64,000 nucleotides of DNA, from positions 101,992,001 to 102,056,000 of the forward strand of contig NW_024704742.1 of NCBI RefSeq assembly GCF_018977255.1, read 5' to 3'. Position 1 is the first letter of the stretch. Each line of letters starts with the position of its first letter. Shown here one piece after another: positions 38,070-49,280 of this stretch. The translations under genes were made by a program, and so were the position numbers. This stretch comes from Callorhinchus milii. Taxonomy: Eukaryota. The notes under the pieces are model-generated. The model saw only the letters and a list, made by a program, of their open reading frames with translations, did not search any database and was not told where the DNA came from.

Positions 38070-38467
38070 TAATCCTTTGCATTTAGTATTTCGAACAGCG
38101 CCTTATCACAACGTTAAAATGTATCAAAGCAGTTTACAGAATTCACTTTGCAAATACGGCAGCCAATTTGCACACATCAATGTGCAAACCAGGCTTGAAG
38201 TGAATGACCAATTTATCTGGAAGAATGCTGACCAGGACACTTTCTTTTTCAATTTGTACCATGGGATTTTTAATGACCACTTGAACAGGCAGACTAGACC
38301 TTGGTTTAACATCTTATCCGAAATATAATACCTCCAACAATGCAGTACTCTCCCAGTGTTGAATTTACAGTGTCAACCTGGACTGTGAGCTCAACGTCCC
38401 AATGTGGGGTTTAAGCCCACAATCTTCTGACTCAGAGGCGAGAGTGTTAGCAACTGAGTTAGGCTGA
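38070..38467 (-). mobile_element. Older DeuSINE, full length
   Basis: Tail, Deu domain and head (ttctgactcagaggcgagagtg) all visible. Confidence 0.85.
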
Positions 38468-38719
38468 AAAAAATTAAGCACTAACAAATATATTCATTCT
38501 TTAGTTAGCGATAAATATAGTTAGCTTTATTTATATACCGTATATATGTTCAGATATGAAGGATTGTGTCATGCTTGGCTCTAGTGATAATTCAAAGAAA
38601 ATATGTGATGAGTTTGAAAGAGAAACCTAGACAACCAAAGTTAACTTACATTTTGTATCTTTTATCTTGTCTTTTAATGGATCGACTTCAAGTTCTTCTC
38701 ACTCATTTTCAACTCCCTT

Positions 38720-39082
38720 CAAGCCCTCGCACCTCCTACCTATCCGATTTGCTTACCCCAGACTCCGATACCCACAGCCTCCGTTCGGCCCGCTTTGGCC
38801 TCCTGTTCATCCCTCGTCCCCTCTGCTCCACCATCGACAGCTGGGCTTTCAGCCACTACGCCCCAAAGCTCTGAAACTCCCTCCCTCAATCCCTCCGACT
38901 TGTGACCTCCCTCCCCACTTTCAAATCCAACTTAAAGATCTTACTTTTTGATCGTGCTTACGGTCATCTCATCTCTCCCTCTCCCCCTAGCTTGGGGTCA
39001 GACTCCGCTACTGTCAAGCACACTGGGACGTTACCCCGCGTGAAGGGCACAATATCAATGCAAGTTTTGCTATTGTTGTTGT
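38720..39082 (+). mobile_element. L2 3' fragment
   Basis: SYLSDLL...SLRS..FGLL.IPR...AFSHYAPKL; tail. Confidence 0.85.
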
Positions 39083-39111
39083 CTTAAGTTTGACTGCTGC
39101 TTTGGCAATTC

Positions 39112-39330
39112 ACAAGATCAGAAGATTGGTCTGGATGAAAAAGGCCCTATGGCTAATCCGATCTCATCCCTCTAGAACACCCACCATCCACTCCCACCAC
39201 ACCCCATCACTGGCTTCAAGTTGCTTTTTAAATGTCTGATGTCCAGGTCCCTACCACCTTTCCCAGCAATCTGTTCCAGTTAATAATTACTCTCTGTGTC
39301 GATAAAAACTCCCTGGTGTAGGCCCTGAAA
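39112..39330 (-). mobile_element. Old CR1 3' fragment
   Basis: Reverse-strand similarity to the 12.5-13.1 kb and 27.6 kb CR1-type tails. Confidence 0.55.
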
Positions 39331-39748
39331 TTATGGTGATTTTATTGGCACCCAAGAGTGTTAATAACACTACTTGTAAATGCCTTCATCGCAGTCTTCA
39401 TTCTGTCCGGGTCTCCAGAACACTAGTTAATGGCATTATTTATCTGATCAAGTGATGGCCTCATTAGTTGTCATGCATTCAGTGACAATTATATCCAGGT
39501 CTTTAAACACTAGGATACCTGAGGTGCGGTAAAGTTGTGGCTCACTCATTTGCAGATAAACAAAAGGGGATAAAAAGACTCTATTAAGCTACACGATAAA
39601 GAGTCAAAGCAGCAGACAGTCCATTAGTCTCAGAAAAACATTGCTTTGGTCTCTAAAAAACCTAGTAAATAACCTGCTCTGGAGACATATAATTGATTAA
39701 CTAGTGACATTTCTCTGCAGACATGTAATGGATTAACTGGTAACCTTT

Positions 39749-39887
39749 GTCCGACAAAGGGTCATGGACCCGAAACGTTGACTTACTTTCCTTTCTCCAT
39801 AGATGCTTCCTGACCTGATGAGTGTTCCCAGCGACTTCTGTTTTTGTTTCAGATTTTCAGCATCTGCAGTATTTTGCGTTTTTTTTA
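39749..39887 (+). mobile_element. Penelope-like pseudo-LTR unit (single arm, degenerate hammerhead)
   Basis: Near-identical to the arms of the 52.7-kb element; apparent 14-bp TSD. Confidence 0.75.
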
Positions 39888-40044
39888 AACTAGTAACCTT
39901 TCTTTGGTGTGGAGTCTATCGTTCTTCCTTTCTGTGGGTAATAGTCACTTTCTTTCACTTAACTTCTAAAACCAATATGAATATTTATTGTTAGTGAAGG
40001 AATGTTACCAAAGAGAGAATTGTTTGATATGGGGGAAGGGAGGG

Positions 40045-40400
40045 ATGCCCTTAATGGTGCAGTGGGTAAAGATATCACCAGGTTCAGCACAAGGCCATAC
40101 AGCCTGTATAATGTTAAAGGTTTGAATCCCGAGTGGAGCTGAGTTGGCTGATCTCAGCCAGGGCAGCAGTTGGAGCTTCACAATCGGCTACATTGCCAGT
40201 GGAATTAAGGAAATGAAAAATCAGCCAGGATTCTTGCACCTCATTGCTATCCAGTAAACCTTGCTGGAAAGTTTGTGTGTCAACATTCAGTGAAAACAAG
40301 ATGGGGTTTGGGAATGGTGTCCTCCCACACTCAAATATGTGCTGAGTAGGTTCCTACATGAAGAATAGTCACTTGAGTTGAAGTACCACAAAGAGGAGTG
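40045..40400 (+). mobile_element. Ancient SINE-like family B (unclassified); homologous copies at about 9125-9420 (-), 32900-33200 (-), 34070-34610 (+) and 42420-42810 (-)
   Basis: Shared motifs gctgagttggctgatctcagcc...aaatcagccagg...gctatccagt...ctgctggaaa across copies; degenerate tRNA-like head. Confidence 0.65.
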
Positions 40401-40954
40401 GAGACCTGGAATACACTTGAGCGCTTGGTCACTAGGTTCAGGCCAGGCTTGCCTGGGCCAGACAGATGATCCTGTCACCTGAGTTACTCAGGTGGTCGTG
40501 AAGACCGGAATCTGGTCCTTTGCAATTTGAGGGCTAGATTGTGTGTAGGGGAAAATGTCTGTCTGGGTGATAACTCTTGTTCCCATTGAGGAAAGTGTTT
40601 CTGTTTAATTTGACTTTGAGGGGATGAGTGGAGTCTAACCCCAAAAAACCCCAGTAGGTTTCAAGGCACCTGTGGAATTATACCCAATTACTTCAGGATA
40701 GGAGTACGAGGAAGAAATTAGACAAAACAAATATTGTATCTCAACATTTGCTATGCTTTTGGTGGGAGGAGAGCTGCTCCTATTTTTTTTCAAGTATTCA
40801 ACGTTTCAAGTATACAGTCAATTCATTTTACGGTATATTGTGTGAAGCGCTTTGAGATGTCTCAATTGAACATGTAAAATGAACAGACCTGAAAGCCACG
40901 ACTTAATTGATTATCTTCCCAAAATAAAGGGAGCTTGATTGTTGTATAGTGTGT

Positions 40955-41317
40955 CTGTGACCTGCTAACTCCATGTCAACCTGTCCACTGCCTTCGATCA
41001 GTGGTGTACGGCCTGCTCCATGTCACCTGCCCGGCCCACCCCGCTGTCGGCAGTCAGGTATTCAGCCTCTCTGCCTCTCTGCCCCCATCCTTTGGAACTC
41101 CATCCCACAGTCCCTTCACCTCGTTCCCTCCCTTGCCTCCTGCAAGGTCCGTGTCAAGACCCTCTTCTTCGACCGCTCCTTCGGTCACCCACCTACCCCT
41201 AACCTCTCTGCCATCCATCCTTCCTGATCCCAAGCCCCAACTTGGGTCCAAATCCAGAGCCTTTGGATGTCCTCCCAACTTGAAAGGTGCTATGCAAATG
41301 TAATTTGTTGTTATTGT
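40955..41317 (+). mobile_element. L2 3' fragment
   Basis: SAPILWNSIPQSL...VKTLFFDR; tail. Confidence 0.85.
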
Positions 41318-42849
41318 ATTGTGGCGCCAAATTTCTGCTGGAATCCCTCAATGGGTTAAACTTACATTTCCAAACAGTATTTAAAATATCAGTATTTACA
41401 GGCCACAGCAGTCTGCCTTTTTAAAAAAGAATTAATTAATGACTAGAAAATTGTACATTTAAAATCCTCTCCCAGGTCATTTTCCTTCCACAAATCTCTC
41501 GTTAAAACATTCCTGCACAGGTGATTCCTTTGGGCTCTTTATACAACACTCAAAAGTTCAGTTTGTTCCATCAATTTATTGAGGTTCAGTCACAGTTTTC
41601 TACTAATCTGTATTCTGAAGTCATTTGCAAAGGATACTGAGTTAGCAAATCTTAATCAATTTTAGCATCACTCTGTTCTCACCTAGATTCACTAATTTTG
41701 TGAAGTTTGTTTTTATTTTAATTTCTTCTCAAACCTTTTCTTCCAATTCACTGCCAAATGATGATGTGCTCAATGTGCTGATTTGTCACACTTGTTCATC
41801 TTCTAAGATGTAAAAGTATCATATTCTTACTAATTTGTTACTTTCAACGTGAAGTTAATCATAATTCATTTGCAACTTGGTATATGCAGTCTGTCTGTAG
41901 AACTAGCAGTAATAATTTGCATTGAGGCATTCCACATCCTGCAAACTTGGCGTTAGATCCCACTATCAATTTCTCAGTCTCTTCTATCTGGGCTGGTTAA
42001 AGGAGCATTCCTATATAGCATTGCAAACCTATGTAATTTTCAGTTGCTTAATATATCCTATTGAATGAAGCGCCATACTCTGTTTATTAGAGAAGAGGCA
42101 TTTATTGCTGCTTGCTTCTGATTTATGACCACATATTGTATCTGCCATTTTGTAAGTCTGAACCTTCCCTAGCGTCAAGTTGGGTGTGATCTGATGGGTG
42201 AAACGTGACTGGCACTGAATATTACACCAGCTGTGTGTCGGCTATAGATGACAATGAAATACCACTCCCATGGTTTTCTACTTAAAATGCCAATCCGTGA
42301 TGTGCATGAGACCAGAAAAAGATAGGAAATCCAAACTATACAGCCTGCACCATGTTGTCCTGTAGTTTAGGCACATGGTTTGGGATTAGCACACACTATT
42401 CCCATTTATTCCCTTTTTTGCGACCAATGCTGGGTACAATACTAACTGCCACCGTAAACATACAATGTCTCTCCCAAGGGCCATCCTTCACGTGTGAGCC
42501 TGGACACTGGGTGTTAACAAAGCTATGAGAGAGATGATAGCCAAAACGAATCTTGCTTTGATTTGCAATCCACCTACAAACACACTCTAAAACTGCACAT
42601 GGTGAATAAGCAGAAGATTTGCAATAAAATGTATTCTTAATGTACTTGCAGGATCCCTTGGTACAAGAGTACTGAAGACAATTGTAATGTTTCGGTTGTC
42701 CCTCCAAGATGAAATTTATTCACACCAAAGAGCATGAATAAATTGGGACCTGGGACCTTCTAGTGCACCTGGTGGAAGCAGCACACTGAAGGGTGTATTT
42801 ACCCACTCAACAATTGGAAAAAATTGATCTGTAGTTTTTTATAATAATA

Positions 42850-43300
42850 ATAAAAACAATCTATATAATTAATATAGTGCCTTATCACATCAAAACATTT
42901 TAAAACACTTCACAAAGTTTTCTGTAAAGTCTAGTAATTGTGTAATCATAGGCAAACATGGCAGCCAATTTGAACATAGCAATGTCCCACAAATGTTCAA
43001 GTGAATGACCAGTTTTTTTTATCTTTGGGATTGCTAGCCAAGAGAAACTCTTTTCACTTTTCATTTAACCCACAAAATATTCGTTCAACTCACTTTACAG
43101 TATATTCTGTGAAGTGTGTGAACTGCTTTTAGACGTCTTGAAGACATGATAAGGTGCTACATCAAATGCAAGGATTATTATTATTATAAATAGTGCCGCC
43201 TGTTGAATAGGCAGACGGGACCTCGGTTTAACATCTCATCCGAAGGGTAGAGCTCCAACAGTGCAGGGTTCCTCCAGCACTAAACTGGAATGTTAGCCTC
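42850..43300 (-). mobile_element. Older DeuSINE with a + strand SINE tail nested at 43069-43187
   Basis: ggcagacgggacctcggtttaacatctcatccgaa resumes after the insert. Confidence 0.8.
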
Positions 43301-43752
43301 GAAAATACTGCAGTATTTTTATCCACCCCACCCCACTCGCCTTAGCTTCTGTTTTGTTGACCAGATGACAAATAACAACACGGAGCAGCTGGAGACATTG
43401 TGACAATGATAAATATTTTACTGCTTATTGAGTTGTAAGATCCTCTGGGTAGACATCAAGCCTGGCTCCTTGTACATCCTGCTGAACGATAAAAATGTTC
43501 ATTTATGTTTGATGTTTTCTGCTGAGTCCACTTTCCCTCCACTAGACAGCAACCTATACAGTAAGTGTGGAGTAGTTATACCTTTAGGTACAATTAGATT
43601 ACAATGATCTAACCTTATAGATAAACACCCACATTAGTCCAGTGCAAAGGATTTCTCATTCACTAAATAGAATTCCAGCATGATTCCTCCTTCATTTTCT
43701 GTGAATAGCCTGAGGTTTTTTTTCTCTCTTAGCTTTTTGACCATAACTATTC

Positions 43753-44070
43753 GTGGTGTCCTGTAGCTCAATAGTTAGAGCGCTCGCTTTGCAAGCGAGA
43801 GACCTGAGTTCAATTCCAGGGAAGGCAAAACCTCGGGCAAGTTTCCTTACTCCACACGCCTAATAATAATCCCTCCAAAACAAAACAATAATAAATTGGT
43901 CATTTTCAATCTACAAATGTTTGTAGGATATTGCTGTGCGCAATTGGCTGCTGCCTTCGCCCACAAATATACAATCAATTCACTTTACAGTGTGTTCTGT
44001 GAAGCGCTTTGGGACGTCCTCCCGACGTGAAAAGCGCTATATCAAATGCAAGGATTATTATTATTATTAT
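43753..44070 (+). mobile_element. tRNA-Ala/CORE/Deu SINE, young short form
   Basis: Near-identical to the 52.2-kb and 55.7-kb copies. Confidence 0.92.
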
Positions 44071-45021
44071 AACTTACTTCATGACTGAAGTAAACTGAAG
44101 ATCTTCATGATGTCAAATATGTGCGATGATTTATATTTGCAAGTTCACATCAAAATTGTTATGATAACAATATTAATACCAGGAGATTCAATAATGATGG
44201 AGAGTTCCTTTATATAGAATATACACACTAAATTTGCATCAATGCACTCTGATTTTAATCTAAATTGTAACTGTAAAAAAGTGCAACACAGGCATCACCT
44301 GAAATAATATTGGCTTCCTACCAAATTCATCTTTCTTGTGGCATTGATTTTCACACAGTCTGGACTCCTTTTTCCTGTTTGTCTTCCTTGTCACTCCAGA
44401 TTGTTGGAATTAAAAACTATTCAGCGTTCTTAGTCCTGGAGATTTATTCTCAATGTGCTTGTGGGACACCAGTGCTTTCAAACAGCATCTGATATGTTTT
44501 GAATAACACCTGCTTGATCAAATTCAGCAGCTTTGCACGACTCAGTCAGACCTTCTGTATATGGACATAATAGGAGTTCCGACTAGAATTGGGCCTTGCT
44601 TTTAAGTTATCATACTGCTGTGGTATTAATGGAAATGTTATTTGCAAGAACTGTACAGCACTGAATAAATCAACCTACACAACTTTATCAGTTTCAAACA
44701 TTTTGAAATTCAGATAAGATTAATTATCAACTTTAATCTCACACTTGTCACATTTGTTTCAAAGAGTTGGTCTTGGCACCCTGTGTGCTCTTCCTCTGCA
44801 CCTGGGGCATAATATATCACTGCAATCTGCAAAACCTGGCTACGAAGTGAATTGGACCTTCAGCAGACAAGTAGCACCTCATGCTTCAAGATCTTTAGCC
44901 TCAGGGGCAGTGGAGAGGGAGTGTGGGATTATTTTGTTCTAGGAACAGAAAGTGATGGTGGCAGCTTTATAGGCAGGGAGTGAGGGAGGTAAGGGAAATT
45001 ATAAAATATTGTATATCATAT

Positions 45022-45277
45022 TTTCAGCCTCTCTGCCCCCACCCTTTGGAACTCCATCTCATAATCCATTCGCCTTGCTCTCTTCCTTGCCTCCTTCAAG
45101 ACATAACTCAAGACCCTCCTTTTCGACCATGCCTTCAGCCATCCTCCTATCCTCTCTGCCCTCCCTCACCCCAACTCTGCACCCCTAACACACTTGGGTC
45201 CTGATCCCCGACTGTTCAGTGCCTTGGGATGTCCTCCCGATGTAAAAGATGCTTTGCAAGTGTAATTTTGTTGTTGT
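45022..45277 (+). mobile_element. L2 3' fragment
   Basis: ttcagcctctctgccccc...gccttgggatgtcctcccgatgtaaaag tail. Confidence 0.82.
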
Positions 45278-46298
45278 GTTGTTTGTATATTTTTATCGGT
45301 AATGAAATTAAGGAAATTTTCTCCCGCTGCTCTGGCCAATAATCCCCCGGATAATATTTGTCATTCACTTCAATGGATGTTTGTGGGTCTTTATTGTATG
45401 CAAATTGTCTAGTGAGTTTTGTCTACAAAATACACAGTCACTACACTTTACAGTAAATACTATGAAGAGCTTTGAAACATCCTCCCATCATGAAATTAGT
45501 TATATCAAATATAAATATTATTGTTATTATCATCATCATATTTTTCATGCTGTATTAAATAATGGAGTTTGGAAATTTGGAAGGTAATATTTAAGAGCCT
45601 TGTATCCATAAAGAATTTAATAATAATAACATTTAAGCAATGACTTTATGAAACAGGATAATGAAGATAATATTGGTTTCCGTAGTCTCTGGCAAATCTC
45701 CAGTACCTTACCCTAGTGGTTATCTTTCATTGTTGAGCATAGACAGTGAGAATTGGAAGGGTGGGTATTCAACCATGGAAAGAATCACAGCTGTGCCTAT
45801 ACACACCTGTGCCTATGCTCACCAGTCCTAGAGGGATAAGCTATGAGGATTGATTAGATAGGGCTCTTCAGCCTTAAAAGAGGGGACCTTATAAGGTAAC
45901 TAAGATGCTGCACCTAGAAAAATACTTTCAACTAAACCAACAAAATACAATTTTTAAAACAACAACTTGTATTTATATAGCACACTTCGCATAGGATAGC
46001 ATCTCGTAGTACTTTTCAGTAATGGTGTCAAATGCTAGAGAGGGGAGAACAGTGAGGGGAGGTGATTATACAGTTGGTTGGCGAGATAGATAGGTTGGAA
46101 TTGAATACAGATAGAGAGCAGTAAAACAATAGGGTAGAGGGAGGGAGATCCAGAGGTTAGGAGTGTAGAATATGAAAATGATATTTAAATAAGACAGACA
46201 TAACATTTATTTTGAATCACACTTTTAGCATTCATTTTAATAGTTGAGGATTAGTAAATATTTATAAATCTATGTTGATGTGTAAATGTTTTTATATC

Positions 46299-48439
46299 TT
46301 GAGCAGAGAGCCCAGCAATGTGAGGAGAGAACTGAGTGAGGTGGAACAGAATGAGAATTCTGTTAAGGACTTTGGTGAGAGTGGGAATTCTTCAGCAAGA
46401 GAGATGCCAGAGAACAAGAGAGAACTCTTTCATTCAGCAGAAGAGTGGGAAATCTTTCTTCAAGTAGCGATAACCTTATATAAAAGCAGGCAAGCAAGTC
46501 AATTAGCAGTTAATCGTAGGCCAGGTATTGGGGATTAATAAATTTGCTACTAGTCAAGACTAGGTGCTTTTGTTTGAGTGCTAAATAAAGAGGAAGACTT
46601 GCAAGAGCCTCATTTGAGCTGACAGCCCAACAGCATGAGGAGGAAACTGAGGTGGAACAGAGTGAGCATTCTGTTAAGGAATTTGGTGAGAGTGGGAATT
46701 CAGTGCAGAGGGGGAAAGAGGTGCATAATTATAAAATATAGTAGTTATATTAAAATAATATAAAACATGTCTGGGAAGATGCCAGGGCAGCTGAGATTGG
46801 TTGCATCCACAACGTGTACCATGTGGGTACTCCAGGATGCTTTGTGTGTCCTGGACAGACATGCATGTAGGAAGCGCGTCTGGCTGCTCAAGCTTGAACT
46901 CAGGGTTTCTGAGTTTGAGGAGAGGCTGATGTCACTACATAGCGTATGGGAGGCTGAAGAGTTCATGGATCGAACGTTTCAGGAGGTGGTCACCCCTCAA
47001 CCACAGAGTGTTCAGAAGGAGAGTGAATGGGTGACCACCCAGCATGGTAGGAAGAGGGGATGGGCAGTGCAGAAATCCCCTGAGAGTGTGGCACTCACAA
47101 ACCAGTTCTCTGTACTGAATACCGGTGAGGGTGATGACACTTCTGGGGAGGGGAGTCAAAAGCAAATGGATTCACAGTGGGGGGACAGGTAAGAGTGTCA
47201 ATGCAATTGTCATTGGGAACACAACAGTGAAAGGAGCAGACAGGTGTTTCTGCAACCAAAGATGTGACTCTCGCATGGCATGTTGCCTCCCTGGTGCCAG
47301 GGTTGAAGACATCATGGAATGGATGCAAAACATTTTACAGGGGGAAGGGGAACATTCAGAATTTGTGGTCCATGTTGAGATCGATGAGGTAAGGAAAAAA
47401 AGGACTGAGATCCTACAAGGAGAGTATCAGAAGTTAGGGAACAAGCTAAAGAGTAGGACTTCCAAGGTGATGAAAAGTAGTAAACAGTGAGGAGGATAGT
47501 AGAAGACTGCAAAAGGACATAGACAGATTGGTAAAATGGGCAGACAATTCGCTTGTAAAATGTTTACTCATTTGTCTGCAAATAAAGCGACTTGAACCAA
47601 AAAATTAGGGTTAGGGTAGATGAAGTTTAATGTGGATAAATGCAAAGTGATGCATTTTGGGAGGAAGAATGAGGAGAGGAATATAAGCTAGTTGGTAGAA
47701 TCTTAAAGGACGTGAAGGAACAGAGAGAGCTGGGGGTTCATACAAGTAAATCTTTGAAGGTGGCAGGACAGGTAGATAAAGCTGTTAAAAAAAGGCATAC
47801 GGGATACTAGGCTTTATAAATAGGAGCATAGAATACAAAAGCCAGGAAGTTATGAAGACTCTTTATAAAACATTGGTTAGGCCTCAGCTAGAATACTGTG
47901 TACAGTTCAGGGCACCACACTTTAGGAAGGAAGTCAAGACATTGGAGGGGATGCAAAGGAGATTTACCAGGATGGTACCAGGAATGAGGGTCTTCAATTA
48001 TCAGGAGAGACTAGAGAAGCTAGGATTATTCTCCTTGGAGACAGAGAAGGTTAAGAGGGGACTTAATGGAAGTTTTCACAATTATTAGGGGATTCGATAG
48101 GGTGAACAAGGAGAAAATATTTCCGCTGGTGGGTGGGTCGGTAACCCGAGGACACCAATTTAAAATAGTTGTTAAAAGAAACAGAGGGGAGGTGAGGAGA
48201 AATTTTTTCACAGAGTGAGTTGTTCGGATCTGGAATGCATTGTCTGAAAGGGTGGTGGAAGCCGATTCGATAACAAGTTTTAAGAGAGAAGTAGATAATT
48301 ATTTGGTGAGAAGTTTTCAGGACTACAGGGAGAGAGCGGGGGAGTGAGATTGATTTGGGTAGCTCTTTTCAAAGAGCTGGCACAAACACGATTGCCGAAT
48401 GGCCTCCCTTTGTGCTGTACAATACTATGATTCTATGAT
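46299..48439 (+). mobile_element. Internally deleted CR1 LINE: duplicated 5' unit, ORF1 (Zn-finger/coiled-coil + SGNH esterase-like), then only the C-terminal part of ORF2 and the 3' tail
   Basis: ORF1-like CTMW...LELRVSEFEERL...WVT...LTNQFSVL and AIVIG...CCLPGARVEDI...LGNKLKSRTSKV. ORF2 RLQKDIDRLVKWAD, LYKTLVRPQLEYCVQF, ERLEKLGLFSLE. Tail ccgaatggcctcc...ctatgattctatga. Confidence 0.9.
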
Positions 48440-48864
48440 ATCAGTGATATTGATATTTTTCTTTCAGATTCACAATGTATGAGCTGACAACGTATAGAGC
48501 TGGTAAATCCGGGGAGACAGGAGTTTCCAAATAATTGGGGAAAACAATGAAGCAAAATGCAATAGTGGTTTGTAGTTATATGTCAAAGCCTCTTTTTTTT
48601 GTGGATTGAGATGTTGCTGAAATACATTTCTAAATTTTGGAACAAGGTTGGAATACAGTTGCTGTGGGGTGCAATATTCCAAGAATATCATGATGTCAGT
48701 GATAATAAGATCTCTTCCCTACTAGATGAAATCTAAATACATCTTTTTAATGGATTCACTTGTGGCAAAACTGAATTAAAAATGTTGCTGCAATTAAATT
48801 ATTATTCATTCAAACATCATATTGACTAATGTTACACTGAAATCACTCTCTAAGTGAAGTGACT

Positions 48865-49280
48865 GTCTAGAACTCTGCAACCTCATCGTAGTCTAGCTCC
48901 ATTGAACCCCACATCCCAAATGAATCTACTTTAAGTTCCTTGTCCTGACTGTTGCCATGGCCTTGCACCAACCTGTCTCTAAGAACTCCTTTGACCCTAC
49001 TTCCCCAGCCTTTTCCTCTGGCCTTGTTCATTATCTGCCCCAACACCAGTGGATAAACCCTCATGTCCTAACCTCTGGAAACTCTCCCAAAATCCTTATG
49101 CCTCCTCCTTCCCTCTCTGATTTCAAATTGCACCTTTGACTGTGGTTTCGAACATCTCCCCCTTCCCACCACTGCTCCTCTCGCTCCCTCCCGGCCTGGG
49201 CTCCCAACTCAACCTTTGTAAAGTGCTTTGAGATGTTCTCCGAAAGTGCAAGTCGCTGTACAAGTGTTAATTGCTGTTGG
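48865..49280 (+). mobile_element. Highly degenerate L2 3' fragment
   Basis: Residual similarity to the L2 ORF2 end and tail. Confidence 0.6.
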
